Part shown: positions 7,688 to 16,361 of the stretch, piece by piece
Layout: each line of letters starts with the position of its first letter
Numbering within the stretch: position 1 is the first letter of the stretch
IMG/VR virus record: IMGVR_UViG_3300042945_000786
Coordinates: 1-52,740 of that record
Length of the DNA: 52,740 nt
Reading direction: 5' to 3' (one strand)
Origin: a virus
Lineage: Duplodnaviria; Caudoviricetes
Made by a program: the position numbers and the translations under genes
Notes under the pieces: generated by a model
Told to the model about the DNA's origin: nothing
Database searches by the model: none
What the model saw: the letters and a program-made list of their open reading frames with translations, nothing else

Positions 7688-7926
7688 CTGTGACTGTTCT
7701 CAGCGTGACGCTGTCTCCGATGTGGAGCGGGTACGTTGGGATGTACGCTGACCCGGCGCACTGCCGAGCGATGCAGGACCTGATCGCCGAGGATGACCCC
7801 GGCGCTGTGGTTCGCTGTGAGAATGTGGTGCTGCACGAGCCTGTGCCCGTGCCGCCGCCGAGACCTGACAACCTGAAACCGCGCTACGTTCCCGTGCCGG
7901 TGCCACCGATGAGGCCGATGAAATGA
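7675..7926 (+). CDS. Small Pro-rich protein, possibly exported
   Basis: TTG start after GGGGAG; two Cys; PVPPPRP/PVPPMRP tail. Confidence 0.6.
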   Translation: MSLLTVTVLSVTLSPMWSGYVGMYADPAHCRAMQDLIAEDDPGAVVRCENVVLHEPVPVPPPRPDNLKPRYVPVPVPPMRPMK

Positions 7927-8126
7927 CAAAGAAGAAAGACCCAAAGCCGCGCTTGGCGTTTGTCGAGACGCCGTTGACTGCGGAAGAGGAAGCCGAGCGC
8001 GTGGAGTTGATGCGCGAGTTGGGTTTCGACACGAGCCCGCTTGCTGGAAACAGGAACTGGCTGCGGCAGTTCCGGCTGTTCAAGGAGTTACGTGATCGGA
8101 TCGCGGCGCTGGAGGGGAAGTCATGA
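7923..8126 (+). CDS. Hypothetical protein
   Basis: ATGA coupling. Confidence 0.7.
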   Translation: MTKKKDPKPRLAFVETPLTAEEEAERVELMRELGFDTSPLAGNRNWLRQFRLFKELRDRIAALEGKS

Positions 8127-8206
8127 TCACCGAAGAAGAAGTCGAGCGCGCCGTGACCGAGGCTTTCAAGATCGTGTTCAGGAAGTGGAAGAGGGAGGAG
8201 AAGTGA
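8123..8206 (+). CDS. 27-aa peptide MITEEEVERAVTEAFKIVFRKWKREEK
   Basis: GGAGG RBS; ATGA and TGATG coupling on both sides. Confidence 0.55.
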   Translation: MITEEEVERAVTEAFKIVFRKWKREEK

Positions 8207-8568
8207 TGACCGACGACCCAGTGGAGCAGGCTCTGGCAGAACTTCAAGACCTTGTGAAATGCCGTTGCCATCCAGCCTACACAGGCAGAGGTCTGCGCGA
8301 TCCTGACTGCGAGTGTGACAGTGCCGAAGCCCTGAAGGTATTAGCCGACCGCATTGAAGCCCAAGCCGCGGAGATCGAGAGGCTGGAGAAAGCGTGCGCC
8401 GAGTGGGCCGAAGTGTCGCAGTCGAATTATCAGCGAGCAAAGTCGGCAGAGGCCAAGCTGGCGATGGCGTTGGAGGCGGGAAAAACGATGGATGACGGGT
8501 GCGACTGTGAACGGTGCAACAAAGCCCGCGCCACCCTCGCAGAACTGAAAGGACAGGACGATGACTGA
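8206..8568 (+). CDS. Ead/Ea22-like modular protein with Cys clusters
   Basis: ADRIEAQAAEIERL and ARATLAEL modules; CRC, CEC, CDCERC. Confidence 0.7.
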   Translation: MTDDPVEQALAELQDLVKCRCHPAYTGRGLRDPDCECDSAEALKVLADRIEAQAAEIERLEKACAEWAEVSQSNYQRAKSAEAKLAMALEAGKTMDDGCDCERCNKARATLAELKGQDDD

Positions 8569-9031
8569 CATTACACACGAAGCGCCTGAGCGGATATGGG
8601 CTTGGGGTTGGCTGGCCGACAGTGTTTGGCAAGAGCAGACTTGGCAGCATGAAGATGAGCCGATGAGCACAGTGGAATACGTCCGAGCCGATCTGGTGCA
8701 GGCAGCGGAACAGCGGGGCTACGCCAATGCAATGGAAGCGGAGCGCAAACTGCACGAAGACCTGATCAAAGCCCAAGCCGCCGAGATCGAGAGGCTGCGG
8801 GGTGCGCTGACCACCTGCGAGAAATACCGTGACGCCTACGACGAGATGGGCAGGATCGGGACGCAGGCAGTGCGTGATCTTGAGGACAAGCTGGCGAAGG
8901 CGGTAAATGTCATTGATTGGGCTTTGATTTGTTGGGATGACCACAACAAGCATGGATACAACATGCAAGGCGATTGGGTTTCTGATGCCCGCGCCACCCT
9001 CGCAGAACTTACAGGAGGCAAGGATGAGTGA
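8561..9031 (+). CDS. Ead/Ea22-like modular protein
   Basis: APERIW and VEYVRADL motifs; AQAAEIERLR; ARATLAEL. Confidence 0.75.
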   Translation: MTDITHEAPERIWAWGWLADSVWQEQTWQHEDEPMSTVEYVRADLVQAAEQRGYANAMEAERKLHEDLIKAQAAEIERLRGALTTCEKYRDAYDEMGRIGTQAVRDLEDKLAKAVNVIDWALICWDDHNKHGYNMQGDWVSDARATLAELTGGKDE

Positions 9032-9335
9032 TAACGACCTGATCCGCAGGGGCGATGCGATTAATGCCTGTCGCCAGTCCGTGCATCGTTATGAAGCGCA
9101 CGACGCCATCGACGCTCTGCCCGCCGTAAAGCCGCCTGCGCTGGATGCAGCTTCCGACAGCATCGAAGCCCAAGCCGCCGAGATCGAGAGGCTGCGGGGT
9201 GATATTGAACGCGGCCTGTCTGTGGCGAAAGAGATTGAGAAGGCGTGTCGCGGACTGCGAGATGAAGCCCAACCGATGACTGCCAAGGATGCTACGCGCT
9301 TGATAATCGCGGCCCTGAAAGGAGCCACGCAATGA
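9024..9335 (+). CDS. Ead/Ea22-like modular protein
   Basis: DLIRRGDA...IDALPAV N-terminus; IEAQAAEIERLR. Confidence 0.7.
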   Translation: MSDNDLIRRGDAINACRQSVHRYEAHDAIDALPAVKPPALDAASDSIEAQAAEIERLRGDIERGLSVAKEIEKACRGLRDEAQPMTAKDATRLIIAALKGATQ

Positions 9336-10027
9336 CCGACTACACCACCGACCACCGCTTCAATCTTGAGGCTTACCTTGCGACCCACACCCTGCCCAAG
9401 GGCTTGGGCGACACGGAAAGCGCCTGCACTCTGGCCGCTATCAATCTCGCCATGTCTGGAGATTTAACGGACGACATTCCAGACTGCATGTCGGAGGTCT
9501 TGGGCAGGGCCGCAATCGGTCTGCAAGATGCCATGCCCGACGAAATGCGTAATGGCCAGCGATACAAGCGGCTCATTCCCGACATGCCCGGCACTGGTCG
9601 GGCGCAAGAGCAAGAGCGCCTTGCAATCATGCTCGATTGGGTGTGGACGGCAGTGTTGCCTCACCTCCAGCCTATCGCGGATAAGGACGGCTTTGGGGAG
9701 CAGTGGCGGCTGATGTGCAAAGAGCGGACACCCGATGCCGCCGCCGCTGCCTCCGATGCCGCCGCCCGTGCCGCCGCCGCTGCCGCCAATGCCGCCCGTG
9801 CCGCCGATGCTGCCGCCAATGACGCCCGTGCCGCCGATGCCGCCGCCGCTGCCTCCGATGCCGCCGCCGCTGCCGCCAATGACGACGCCTATGCCGCCAC
9901 CTATGCCGCCAATGCCGCCGCCTATGCCGCCGCCGCCCCCTCCGTCGCCGCTGCTGACTTCTGGGCGACTGTAGACCCCATCGGCGTATTGGAACGCATG
10001 ACTTATCTGACAGGAGCCAAACCATGA
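9332..10027 (+). CDS. Hypothetical protein with Ala-rich repeat tract
   Basis: N-terminal L.KG.G....AC..AAI..A.....TD..P.C domain followed by GCC-rich repeats at ~9735-9955. Confidence 0.8.
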   Translation: MTDYTTDHRFNLEAYLATHTLPKGLGDTESACTLAAINLAMSGDLTDDIPDCMSEVLGRAAIGLQDAMPDEMRNGQRYKRLIPDMPGTGRAQEQERLAIMLDWVWTAVLPHLQPIADKDGFGEQWRLMCKERTPDAAAAASDAAARAAAAAANAARAADAAANDARAADAAAAASDAAAAAANDDAYAATYAANAAAYAAAAPSVAAADFWATVDPIGVLERMTYLTGAKP

Positions 10028-10245
10028 CCGACGACCTCCGCGTCCAACTGCAAGAGCAGGCGCGACAGGCAAAGTATTGGCAGGAGCGCGCCGAATACTG
10101 GCGAGACCTATGGTCACGGACCGCGAACCGCCTGATGCAGGTCGACCCAGAGTTCAACAAGCCGAGCGAGACCGTGGCCGACGAACTGAAGAGGCTTGAG
10201 CGCATTCTGTCGAGCGACAACCCAAACCCGTGGAAGGACGTGTGA
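10024..10245 (+). CDS. Hypothetical protein
   Basis: AGGAG RBS, ATGA coupling. Confidence 0.75.
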   Translation: MTDDLRVQLQEQARQAKYWQERAEYWRDLWSRTANRLMQVDPEFNKPSETVADELKRLERILSSDNPNPWKDV

Positions 10246-10658
10246 TGCCCGTCGAAATCATACTACCAGCCTACAACATCAATCCCGTGCTGGCTCGCAA
10301 GCATGAGGCGAAGATCGCCACCTTCATGCACCGGCAGAGGAACGTCGAGTTGAACAGAACGGCGGACTTGCCAGACGACTCGCCCATGAGAAAGGCCCCG
10401 CGCCTTAGGTCGGAGTCGAAGCCGACCCAATCCAACAGAGACAAGCCTCTTGTCCCAACTGACAGGGTTCTCCTTGCCCTGCTGAGGGGGCAGAAGCTAA
10501 CATCAACCGAGATCATGCGCGCGACTGGGCTTAACAGGGATACCCTCAGGGCGGCGCTGCTCAGGCTTTCCAGCCGTGGTCTTCTCATCAAGGAGGTGCG
10601 CGGCAATCACATCACATGGCACACAGTAGGGGAACAGACGCATGTCGAAGAAGCGTAG
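10245..10658 (+). CDS. Protein with C-terminal winged HTH
   Basis: LTSTEIMRATGLNRDTLRAALLRLSSRGLL. Confidence 0.7.
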   Translation: MPVEIILPAYNINPVLARKHEAKIATFMHRQRNVELNRTADLPDDSPMRKAPRLRSESKPTQSNRDKPLVPTDRVLLALLRGQKLTSTEIMRATGLNRDTLRAALLRLSSRGLLIKEVRGNHITWHTVGEQTHVEEA

Positions 10659-10890
10659 CGCCGATGTAGGCATTACCGAAAAGCAGTTCGACAGGATCAT
10701 GGAGTCGATCCCGAAGCAACTCCGTCCTGTCGATGTGTCGAAGCTACTGGCCTCGATCATCTACTCATACGACATGGTCGAGGAGACACCGGCCATCCTG
10801 TCCTACGCCGTGATCCTGCTGCGCGAGGCTGGCGTGGTGATTGATCCCAGCACCGGCACCATGACGCGCGAAAAAGTTCAAGTGCACTAA
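10642..10890 (+). CDS. Hypothetical protein
   Basis: Last gene before the convergent terminator. Confidence 0.75.
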   Translation: MSKKRSADVGITEKQFDRIMESIPKQLRPVDVSKLLASIIYSYDMVEETPAILSYAVILLREAGVVIDPSTGTMTREKVQVH

Positions 10891-10917
10891 AAAATGGGGG
10901 GTGGACAGCCACCCCCC
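10889..10917 (-). terminator. Intrinsic terminator between convergent operons
   Basis: GGGGGGTGG-ACAG-CCACCCCCC with an A6 run 5' (U tail on the minus strand). Confidence 0.75.
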
Positions 10918-10986
10918 TAAGTCCACTGTCAGATGTCAGGTCAGGTCAGAGAACCAATGTCCTTATAGGAGTCTTTTAGACCATGG

Positions 10987-11355
10987 TCAACCACCTTGTC
11001 CATGTCTGTCTCGTGACATCCTGCATTCATACGCTATGGCCTCATAGGCAGCAGCATCAACGTAGTTGTCCTTGTGTGTCCTGCCTTGCATGGTCCTCAC
11101 ATCCTTGACCATCGTCATCATCTTGGCGATGTCCTCTCCGTCGAGCGGCACATTGATGCGATACTTGGCCTTGATCCATGCGGAGAACAGGATCGCTGCA
11201 TTCTCCATGTTCCTGACCACATCGCCATACTGAACTTCTCTATGTATGCCAGTGATCTTGATTGCTTCAGCAAGGACAGAGACCCTGTCAGACAGCGGGC
11301 GCTTTGGCCCGCCGTTCTGCTCGATCCAGTCCTCGAGGTCAATCTGTTCGGTCAA
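10987..11355 (-). CDS. DUF6378-type phage protein
   Basis: EA..I.G..RE.QYG...N.....MM...K..R....HKDNYVDAAAY pattern. Confidence 0.7.
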   Translation of the reverse strand: MTEQIDLEDWIEQNGGPKRPLSDRVSVLAEAIKITGIHREVQYGDVVRNMENAAILFSAWIKAKYRINVPLDGEDIAKMMTMVKDVRTMQGRTHKDNYVDAAAYEAIAYECRMSRDRHGQGG

Positions 11356-13133
11356 AATGGCAACTCCTCCTCCTCGTCCTCTTCTGATTCCTCGACCTTC
11401 ACTGGCAGCAGACCAGAGAACGGATCGTCTCCGTTCTCGCTGTAGGTCGACGTGGCCAAGCTATAGATCAGCGCTGCCTTACCCTGCTTCCCGATCCACG
11501 AGAAGCGGCACTTCCATGAGTGGATTTCCGACACGGGGGAGTGAGCAGGATCGGGGCGATGAACGCTGATGCCGCAGTCTGCCTTGGCCCACCATGCGGC
11601 AGAGCCAGAGATGTCATTGCCGTTCGGCACTGGCAGCTTGCCATCTGTGCCGCGCATCATCTTCGTCGGGTGGGCGACGAACCAGACATGAACCTCATGT
11701 GCCTGCGCGAAGAGCCTGACCTGAGACAGCATGTTGGAAATCCAATCTGTCTCGGCAACGTCCTTCGGCTTGGCAATGTAGTTGTAGGGATCGATGACTG
11801 CCCCCCTGATCCCATGCCGCATCACCGCTACGCGCAGCCGCTCCAAGATACTGTCGAGCGATGCTAGGCTTCCGTCTGCTTGGTAAAGGAAAGAGAAGTT
11901 CGATTGAACAAACGACTTGCCTTGTTCAAGTTCCCGCTTGGTCATGCGAGGCGTAGGCCCGTCAAAGAACGGCTTGCGCATGTACTTGCTGACTAGCTTC
12001 GCGATGTGGAGGCGGGGCTCGTTTTCGAAGGAGCAGATGGCGTGCCGCCATCCCTTCTCTTGCGCGAGGTTGACCATCAACTGGTCAACGAACTCTGACT
12101 TGCCGGATGATGGATGACCCGTGACGATGGTCAGTTGGCCGGGTGCGATAGTGTAGATTTCGTCAACTGTCGGGTAGCCTGTTGTCTCGCCTCTTCCTAT
12201 GCCCTTGTCGTATATGTCGTCGAGTTGCTGGAAGAAGTGGGAAGAGTCGTAGAGGCCTGAGATCGGCCATGGCTTGCAGTCGGATAGCAACCTGTCGATG
12301 CCCTCCTGACCGTACTTGAGCCATACGTCATTGGCATCCTTGCATCCATCTGGGTACTCGACGTACCAGCAGCGGTCCTTGCCGATGCGTCTGGCTATCT
12401 CCTCGGCAGCGGCCTGCCCCGGACCATCGGCATCCGTTGCGATGACGATCCTCTCAGCCGCATCGATCTGCTTCTTGGCGTCCCATACGAACTTGAACTT
12501 GCCATCCTCCTTCGGATCGACGGCACCATCCACCACCTTCATCGGTGCCCCATTGGGGATCGACACGGCACTGCAATAGCCAGCCTCGACGAAGGTTGCC
12601 GCATCGACCTCGCCCTCGGCGATGATCATCCAGTCATTCGGCTCGACGTTCTCAATGTTGAAGAAGGTCTGCGGCGCGCCTTGGCAAGCAAAGCCTTTGG
12701 AGGCAATCGCTCGAACCTTGGCTGCGTACTCGTGCCCGTTGTTGAAGTAGGGGAAGACGACGCAGTCCGTCTCTTCGTTAACCGCGCGGATGAATGCCCG
12801 CGTCTCCTTGATCCTCAGCGTCTCAGCAGTCTTCTGGGATAGACCCCTACTCTTTAACCATCCAAGTGCTTGTTCCGAAAGGGTATTCCAGTTATGCTTC
12901 GGCACTGCGTTCACGATGACTCTCCTGACATGAGATGCTCTTTCCTCGAGGGGCACGATCCCCTCTTGCCCACAGTGCCAGCACTTGAACAGTGCCCGCT
13001 CTGTCTCGATCTGGATGGAGAGGCTGCGCTCTCCCTTCTTGCGGCGCTCCGGGCCACATGATGGGCAGACGATCTTGTGCTGTCCGGTTCCCAACCTGTG
13101 AGCCTCGCCGCGAACTTTGTGTTCGATCAGCAC
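11352..13133 (-). CDS. Primase-helicase (T7 gp4/Twinkle-like)
   Basis: Zn finger CPSC..CWHC, TOPRIM EGEVD and DADGPG, Walker A GHPSSGKS, IDPYN, VAHP; GTG start after GAGG; acidic tail EEELPF. Confidence 0.92.
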   Translation of the reverse strand: MLIEHKVRGEAHRLGTGQHKIVCPSCGPERRKKGERSLSIQIETERALFKCWHCGQEGIVPLEERASHVRRVIVNAVPKHNWNTLSEQALGWLKSRGLSQKTAETLRIKETRAFIRAVNEETDCVVFPYFNNGHEYAAKVRAIASKGFACQGAPQTFFNIENVEPNDWMIIAEGEVDAATFVEAGYCSAVSIPNGAPMKVVDGAVDPKEDGKFKFVWDAKKQIDAAERIVIATDADGPGQAAAEEIARRIGKDRCWYVEYPDGCKDANDVWLKYGQEGIDRLLSDCKPWPISGLYDSSHFFQQLDDIYDKGIGRGETTGYPTVDEIYTIAPGQLTIVTGHPSSGKSEFVDQLMVNLAQEKGWRHAICSFENEPRLHIAKLVSKYMRKPFFDGPTPRMTKRELEQGKSFVQSNFSFLYQADGSLASLDSILERLRVAVMRHGIRGAVIDPYNYIAKPKDVAETDWISNMLSQVRLFAQAHEVHVWFVAHPTKMMRGTDGKLPVPNGNDISGSAAWWAKADCGISVHRPDPAHSPVSEIHSWKCRFSWIGKQGKAALIYSLATSTYSENGDDPFSGLLPVKVEESEEDEEEELPF

Positions 13134-13162
13134 GGCTTCCTCTTTCTGACTCTGACCGAAGC

Positions 13163-13192
13163 AGCCTACATGACCACCTCTGAAAGTGTCAA
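13163..13192 (-). promoter_or_regulatory. Candidate promoter for primase-helicase
   Basis: TTGACA-N18-TAGGCT on the minus strand. Confidence 0.45.
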
Positions 13193-13235
13193 TAGGGTTG
13201 TGCCGTGCGACACATTGACCACACATGTCTTACAC

Positions 13236-13383
13236 AAGTAGTATATGTATGAAGTATATACATGAGGTATCTACATGTAGATAGTACTATGTAGTTCTAT
13301 GTTGTTCTATGTAGTACTATAGGTTGGGTATACTTATACCTACCTATACTAGAGTAGGTAATACTACCTCTTCTATACTAGAG
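13236..13383. repeat. AT-rich palindrome and tandem-repeat block, candidate replication origin
   Basis: 16-bp palindrome TATCTACATGTAGATA (13268-13283); four 10-bp units ~GTAGTACTAT (13281-13320); CTATACTAGAG twice. Confidence 0.6.
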
Positions 13384-13727
13384 ACTCTAATGATTGACCT
13401 TGGATTGTTCTTATCTAGAGACCAGTAGATGTGTTTGATCTTCACCTGTCTATCGTTCTGGTAAACGATACCCTGCATACAATCCAAAATTACACTCTCG
13501 TCTAGGTCAGGTCTTCTAGAACTGTAGTAGATGACCGCCTCGACCTTAACGTCGCCCTCGATCATCGCCTTCACTTGGGCGGCACACTGAAGCCGGAAGG
13601 CGTCGGCATACGACCTCGCCTTGGCAGACTTGATGATGGCAGGCCTGCCGCCGAAGGTGACAATCTTCCGGCTGTTGGCCTTCGACGCTGGTTCACCGAG
13701 GACAGTGAACGTGACATGTTGAGACAT
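13344..13727 (-). CDS. rusA: RusA-like Holliday junction resolvase
   Basis: GEPASKAN, RRPDLD...ILDCMQG.VYQNDRQV acidic catalytic pattern. Confidence 0.85.
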   Translation of the reverse strand: MSQHVTFTVLGEPASKANSRKIVTFGGRPAIIKSAKARSYADAFRLQCAAQVKAMIEGDVKVEAVIYYSSRRPDLDESVILDCMQGIVYQNDRQVKIKHIYWSLDKNNPRSIIRVSSIEEVVLPTLV

Positions 13728-13730
13728 GTA

Positions 13731-13759
13731 TTGACCTCTCTGGACTAAGAGTATATGAC
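13731..13759 (+). promoter_or_regulatory. Candidate promoter for recombination operon
   Basis: TTGACC-N17-TATGAC, upstream of an AGGAGGAG RBS. Confidence 0.4.
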
Positions 13760-13779
13760 ATGGATCAGGAGGAGACTCT

Positions 13780-14673
13780 ATGAAGATCACAAACAAGCAC
13801 GGCCTTCCGAAGGCATTCGTGGACTATGCCACGGCTGACCGGTACAGCAAGGGCAATGCTGACATCTCGGTGACCTCTCTCATCGACAGCCCGAGGGTTC
13901 GCCTCCTCAAGGACAGGCACTCAAACGACCTCGAGTCGGATGCTGCCGATATGATCTGGCCGTTGCTCGGCACCGCCGTCCACAACATTCTGGAGCAGTC
14001 CACCTCCACGGGGAACGTGGTCAAGGAGGAGCGGCTGTTCATGGAGGTGCAGGGGTGGACCCTGTCCGGGGCCATTGACCATCAGGATATCGTAGACAAC
14101 GTGGTCCACATCACGGACTACAAGGTTACCTCGGTGTGGTCCGTCATCTTCGGCAAGGAAGAGTGGGAACTCCAGCAGAACGTCTATGCCCACATGATCC
14201 GCAAGGTGAAGGGCATGGAGGTTGGGTCGATCAGTATCTGCGCCATTCTCAGGGACTGGAACCGCAGGGATGCTGCGTTCAAGCCTGACTATCCGCAGTC
14301 ACCGGTGGTGACAGTTCGATTGAACTTGTGGGCCCACGAAAGGGCAGAGGCCTACATCAGCGAGCGGATATCGGCACACCAATCCGCGCAGATGGACCAC
14401 GACCTCAACGAGAACTTGCCTGACTGCACCGACGCGGAGCGGTGGGCGAAAGAAGACTCTTGGGCTGTGAAGAAGCCCGGAGCCAAGCGGGCCATCAAGG
14501 TGCTCTGGTCGCATCAAGAGGCGATCAACTACGTCGCCACGCTGCCAGCGAAGCACGAGATCGAGCATCGCAAGGGTGAGTACACACGCTGCGCGAACTA
14601 CTGCGCCGTGTCCGAGTTCTGCAACCAGTGGGCCATGGATCAAGTGTCTTCGGCGGTAGACGGGGAGAATTAG
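13780..14673 (+). CDS. PD-(D/E)xK exonuclease (Cas4/RecB-like)
   Basis: GTAVH, EERL, GAID, DYKVT, QQNVY and C-terminal RC..YC....FC. Confidence 0.88.
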   Translation: MKITNKHGLPKAFVDYATADRYSKGNADISVTSLIDSPRVRLLKDRHSNDLESDAADMIWPLLGTAVHNILEQSTSTGNVVKEERLFMEVQGWTLSGAIDHQDIVDNVVHITDYKVTSVWSVIFGKEEWELQQNVYAHMIRKVKGMEVGSISICAILRDWNRRDAAFKPDYPQSPVVTVRLNLWAHERAEAYISERISAHQSAQMDHDLNENLPDCTDAERWAKEDSWAVKKPGAKRAIKVLWSHQEAINYVATLPAKHEIEHRKGEYTRCANYCAVSEFCNQWAMDQVSSAVDGEN

Positions 14674-14675
14674 GG

Positions 14676-15011
14676 GTGAGGGATGGCGTTGATGTCGCAG
14701 ATGAAGACGACCTGAAGAAGCGATGGTGGTCTTGGCACAAGAAGAACCCGCACGTTTGGAGGCTCTTCGAGAAGTTTACCATGATCGCCATAGGCAGGGG
14801 GCACAAGAACCTGAGCGCTTGGCTGATCGTCAACAGGATACGATGGGAGACAAGCATCGAGACGGAGGGCGAGGACTTCAAGATCAGCAACGACTTCATC
14901 GCCCTCTATGCGCGGTACTTCATGCACAAGCACCCGCAGTACAGTGGGTTCTTCAGAACCAAGCAGATGAAGAGGGCAGACCTGCCCGGCAACACAGATA
15001 CAGAGGAATGA
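14676..15011 (+). CDS. Conserved-looking phage hypothetical protein (start uncertain)
   Basis: WHKKNPHVW..FEKF...RIRWE....FKISNDFIALYARYF. Confidence 0.7.
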   Translation: MRDGVDVADEDDLKKRWWSWHKKNPHVWRLFEKFTMIAIGRGHKNLSAWLIVNRIRWETSIETEGEDFKISNDFIALYARYFMHKHPQYSGFFRTKQMKRADLPGNTDTEE

Positions 15012-15013
15012 CG

Positions 15014-15733
15014 ATGTCAGAGAAGATGCCAGAACCTTGGGAAGTGCTGTCGAAGATCGACGTATCCCAGCACATCGAAAAGAAGAACGGCCTATCCTAC
15101 CTGTCGTGGGCATGGGCATGGGGTGTGCTCAAGCAGCACTACCCCGGAGCATGGTTCCGCAAGCACGAAGACATGGGTGGCCTGCCCTACTTCAAGGACG
15201 AGCATGGCTACTCGTTCGTGCGCGTCACTGTCGGCCTTGACCACAGCGGAGACAACGATGTCACCGAGACCATGCCGGTTCTCGACCATCGCAACCGCGC
15301 GATCCAGAACCCGGATAGCTTCGCGGTCAACAACTCGCTCCAGCGGTGCCTGACCAAGGCCATCGCCTATCACGGCCTCGGGCACTACATCTACGCTGGC
15401 GAAGACCTGCCGCAGCAGGATGCCCCGCAGAGCCCCGCAGAGGCCCGGCAGACCGGCAACCAGTCTGCTCAGGTGTCAGGGGTGCAGGCTGGGGCAACGG
15501 CCTCTACCGGCGCTCCCAAAGCCTCTGCTCCGGTAAGCACGGATCAGGCGCCAGAAACTGTTGCCGCGACATTCATGGCGTTCATCCCGACATGCAATGA
15601 GATGAAGGAACTGAGCGGCTTCTACACCAAGAACAAGGCGGCGATTGCCTACTTGGAGTCCACCAAGCCAGACCTCCACGCGCAGGTCATGGCGGCATTC
15701 TCAAAGCGCAAAGCAGAACTGAAGGAGAATTGA
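15014..15733 (+). CDS. Sak/DUF1071-family single-strand annealing protein
   Basis: IDVSQHIEKKNGLSYLSWAWAW, MPVLDHRN, QRCLTKAIAYHGLGHYIYAGEDLP. Confidence 0.88.
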   Translation: MSEKMPEPWEVLSKIDVSQHIEKKNGLSYLSWAWAWGVLKQHYPGAWFRKHEDMGGLPYFKDEHGYSFVRVTVGLDHSGDNDVTETMPVLDHRNRAIQNPDSFAVNNSLQRCLTKAIAYHGLGHYIYAGEDLPQQDAPQSPAEARQTGNQSAQVSGVQAGATASTGAPKASAPVSTDQAPETVAATFMAFIPTCNEMKELSGFYTKNKAAIAYLESTKPDLHAQVMAAFSKRKAELKEN

Positions 15734-15734
15734 G

Positions 15735-16070
15735 ATGAACAACCAGCAAGAGCGTGAGGGCGGCGTCCTCTTCGTGAACAACCGCAAGCAGCAGCAGAAC
15801 CACCCTGACTTCACCGGCAACATCCGCCTGTCGAAGGAGGCGGTACAGAGCATCGCCGATCAGGTGCGCTCCGGTGTTGAGTTCCCTGCTCTCGACCTCT
15901 CTGCATGGAAGAAGATCAGCAACGGCGGCAGGCACTTCATCTCCGTAAGCGCCAAGAAGCCGTACGAAAAAGGTCAGCAGGGCGGCGGCAACAGCAACCG
16001 CCGCAGCCCGCAGAGCACGCCGTTCTCGATGGGGTCTGGCAATGACCTCAACGACGAAATCCCTTTTTGA
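15735..16070 (+). CDS. Single-stranded DNA-binding protein
   Basis: LFVN.RK....PDFTG, SAWKK, acidic DEIPF tail; follows the annealing protein. Confidence 0.75.
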   Translation: MNNQQEREGGVLFVNNRKQQQNHPDFTGNIRLSKEAVQSIADQVRSGVEFPALDLSAWKKISNGGRHFISVSAKKPYEKGQQGGGNSNRRSPQSTPFSMGSGNDLNDEIPF

Positions 16071-16076
16071 AATCAA

Positions 16077-16361
16077 ATGCTTATACCGAAGCACATAGCA
16101 ATCAGAGACGAGGCATACCTCAATACCGTGAGGGGTTTGCCTTGCCTCATCTGCGGCAAGCCGGGAGAGGCGCACCATGTCAACCACGCAGAGGCGCGCG
16201 GTGTGTCCCTCAAGGTGGGTGACAACTGGGTCGTTCCCCTTTGTCACCCATGCCACATGACGCTCCATCACTACGGCAATGAGTCTGTGTGGTGGGCGCT
16301 AGAGGGTGTTGATCCCATAGACTGGGCAAGCAAAAACTGGAGGAAGTACAATGACGCATAA
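16077..16361 (+). CDS. DUF968/HNH-like Zn-binding nuclease
   Basis: CLICG...AHH...PLCHPCH..LH. Confidence 0.8.
   Translation: MLIPKHIAIRDEAYLNTVRGLPCLICGKPGEAHHVNHAEARGVSLKVGDNWVVPLCHPCHMTLHHYGNESVWWALEGVDPIDWASKNWRKYNDA

Noticed and set aside
9734-9960. Diversity-generating retroelement repeat pair
   Set aside because: No reverse transcriptase in the window and no adenine-specific mismatch pattern; the repeats are simple Ala codon runs.
10928-10949. GTCAG short tandem repeat
   Set aside because: Only four short units in an intergenic spacer; no supportable function.
13780-14673. CRISPR-associated Cas4
   Set aside because: Context is a Sak/SSB recombination operon with no CRISPR locus; best read as a phage exonuclease.
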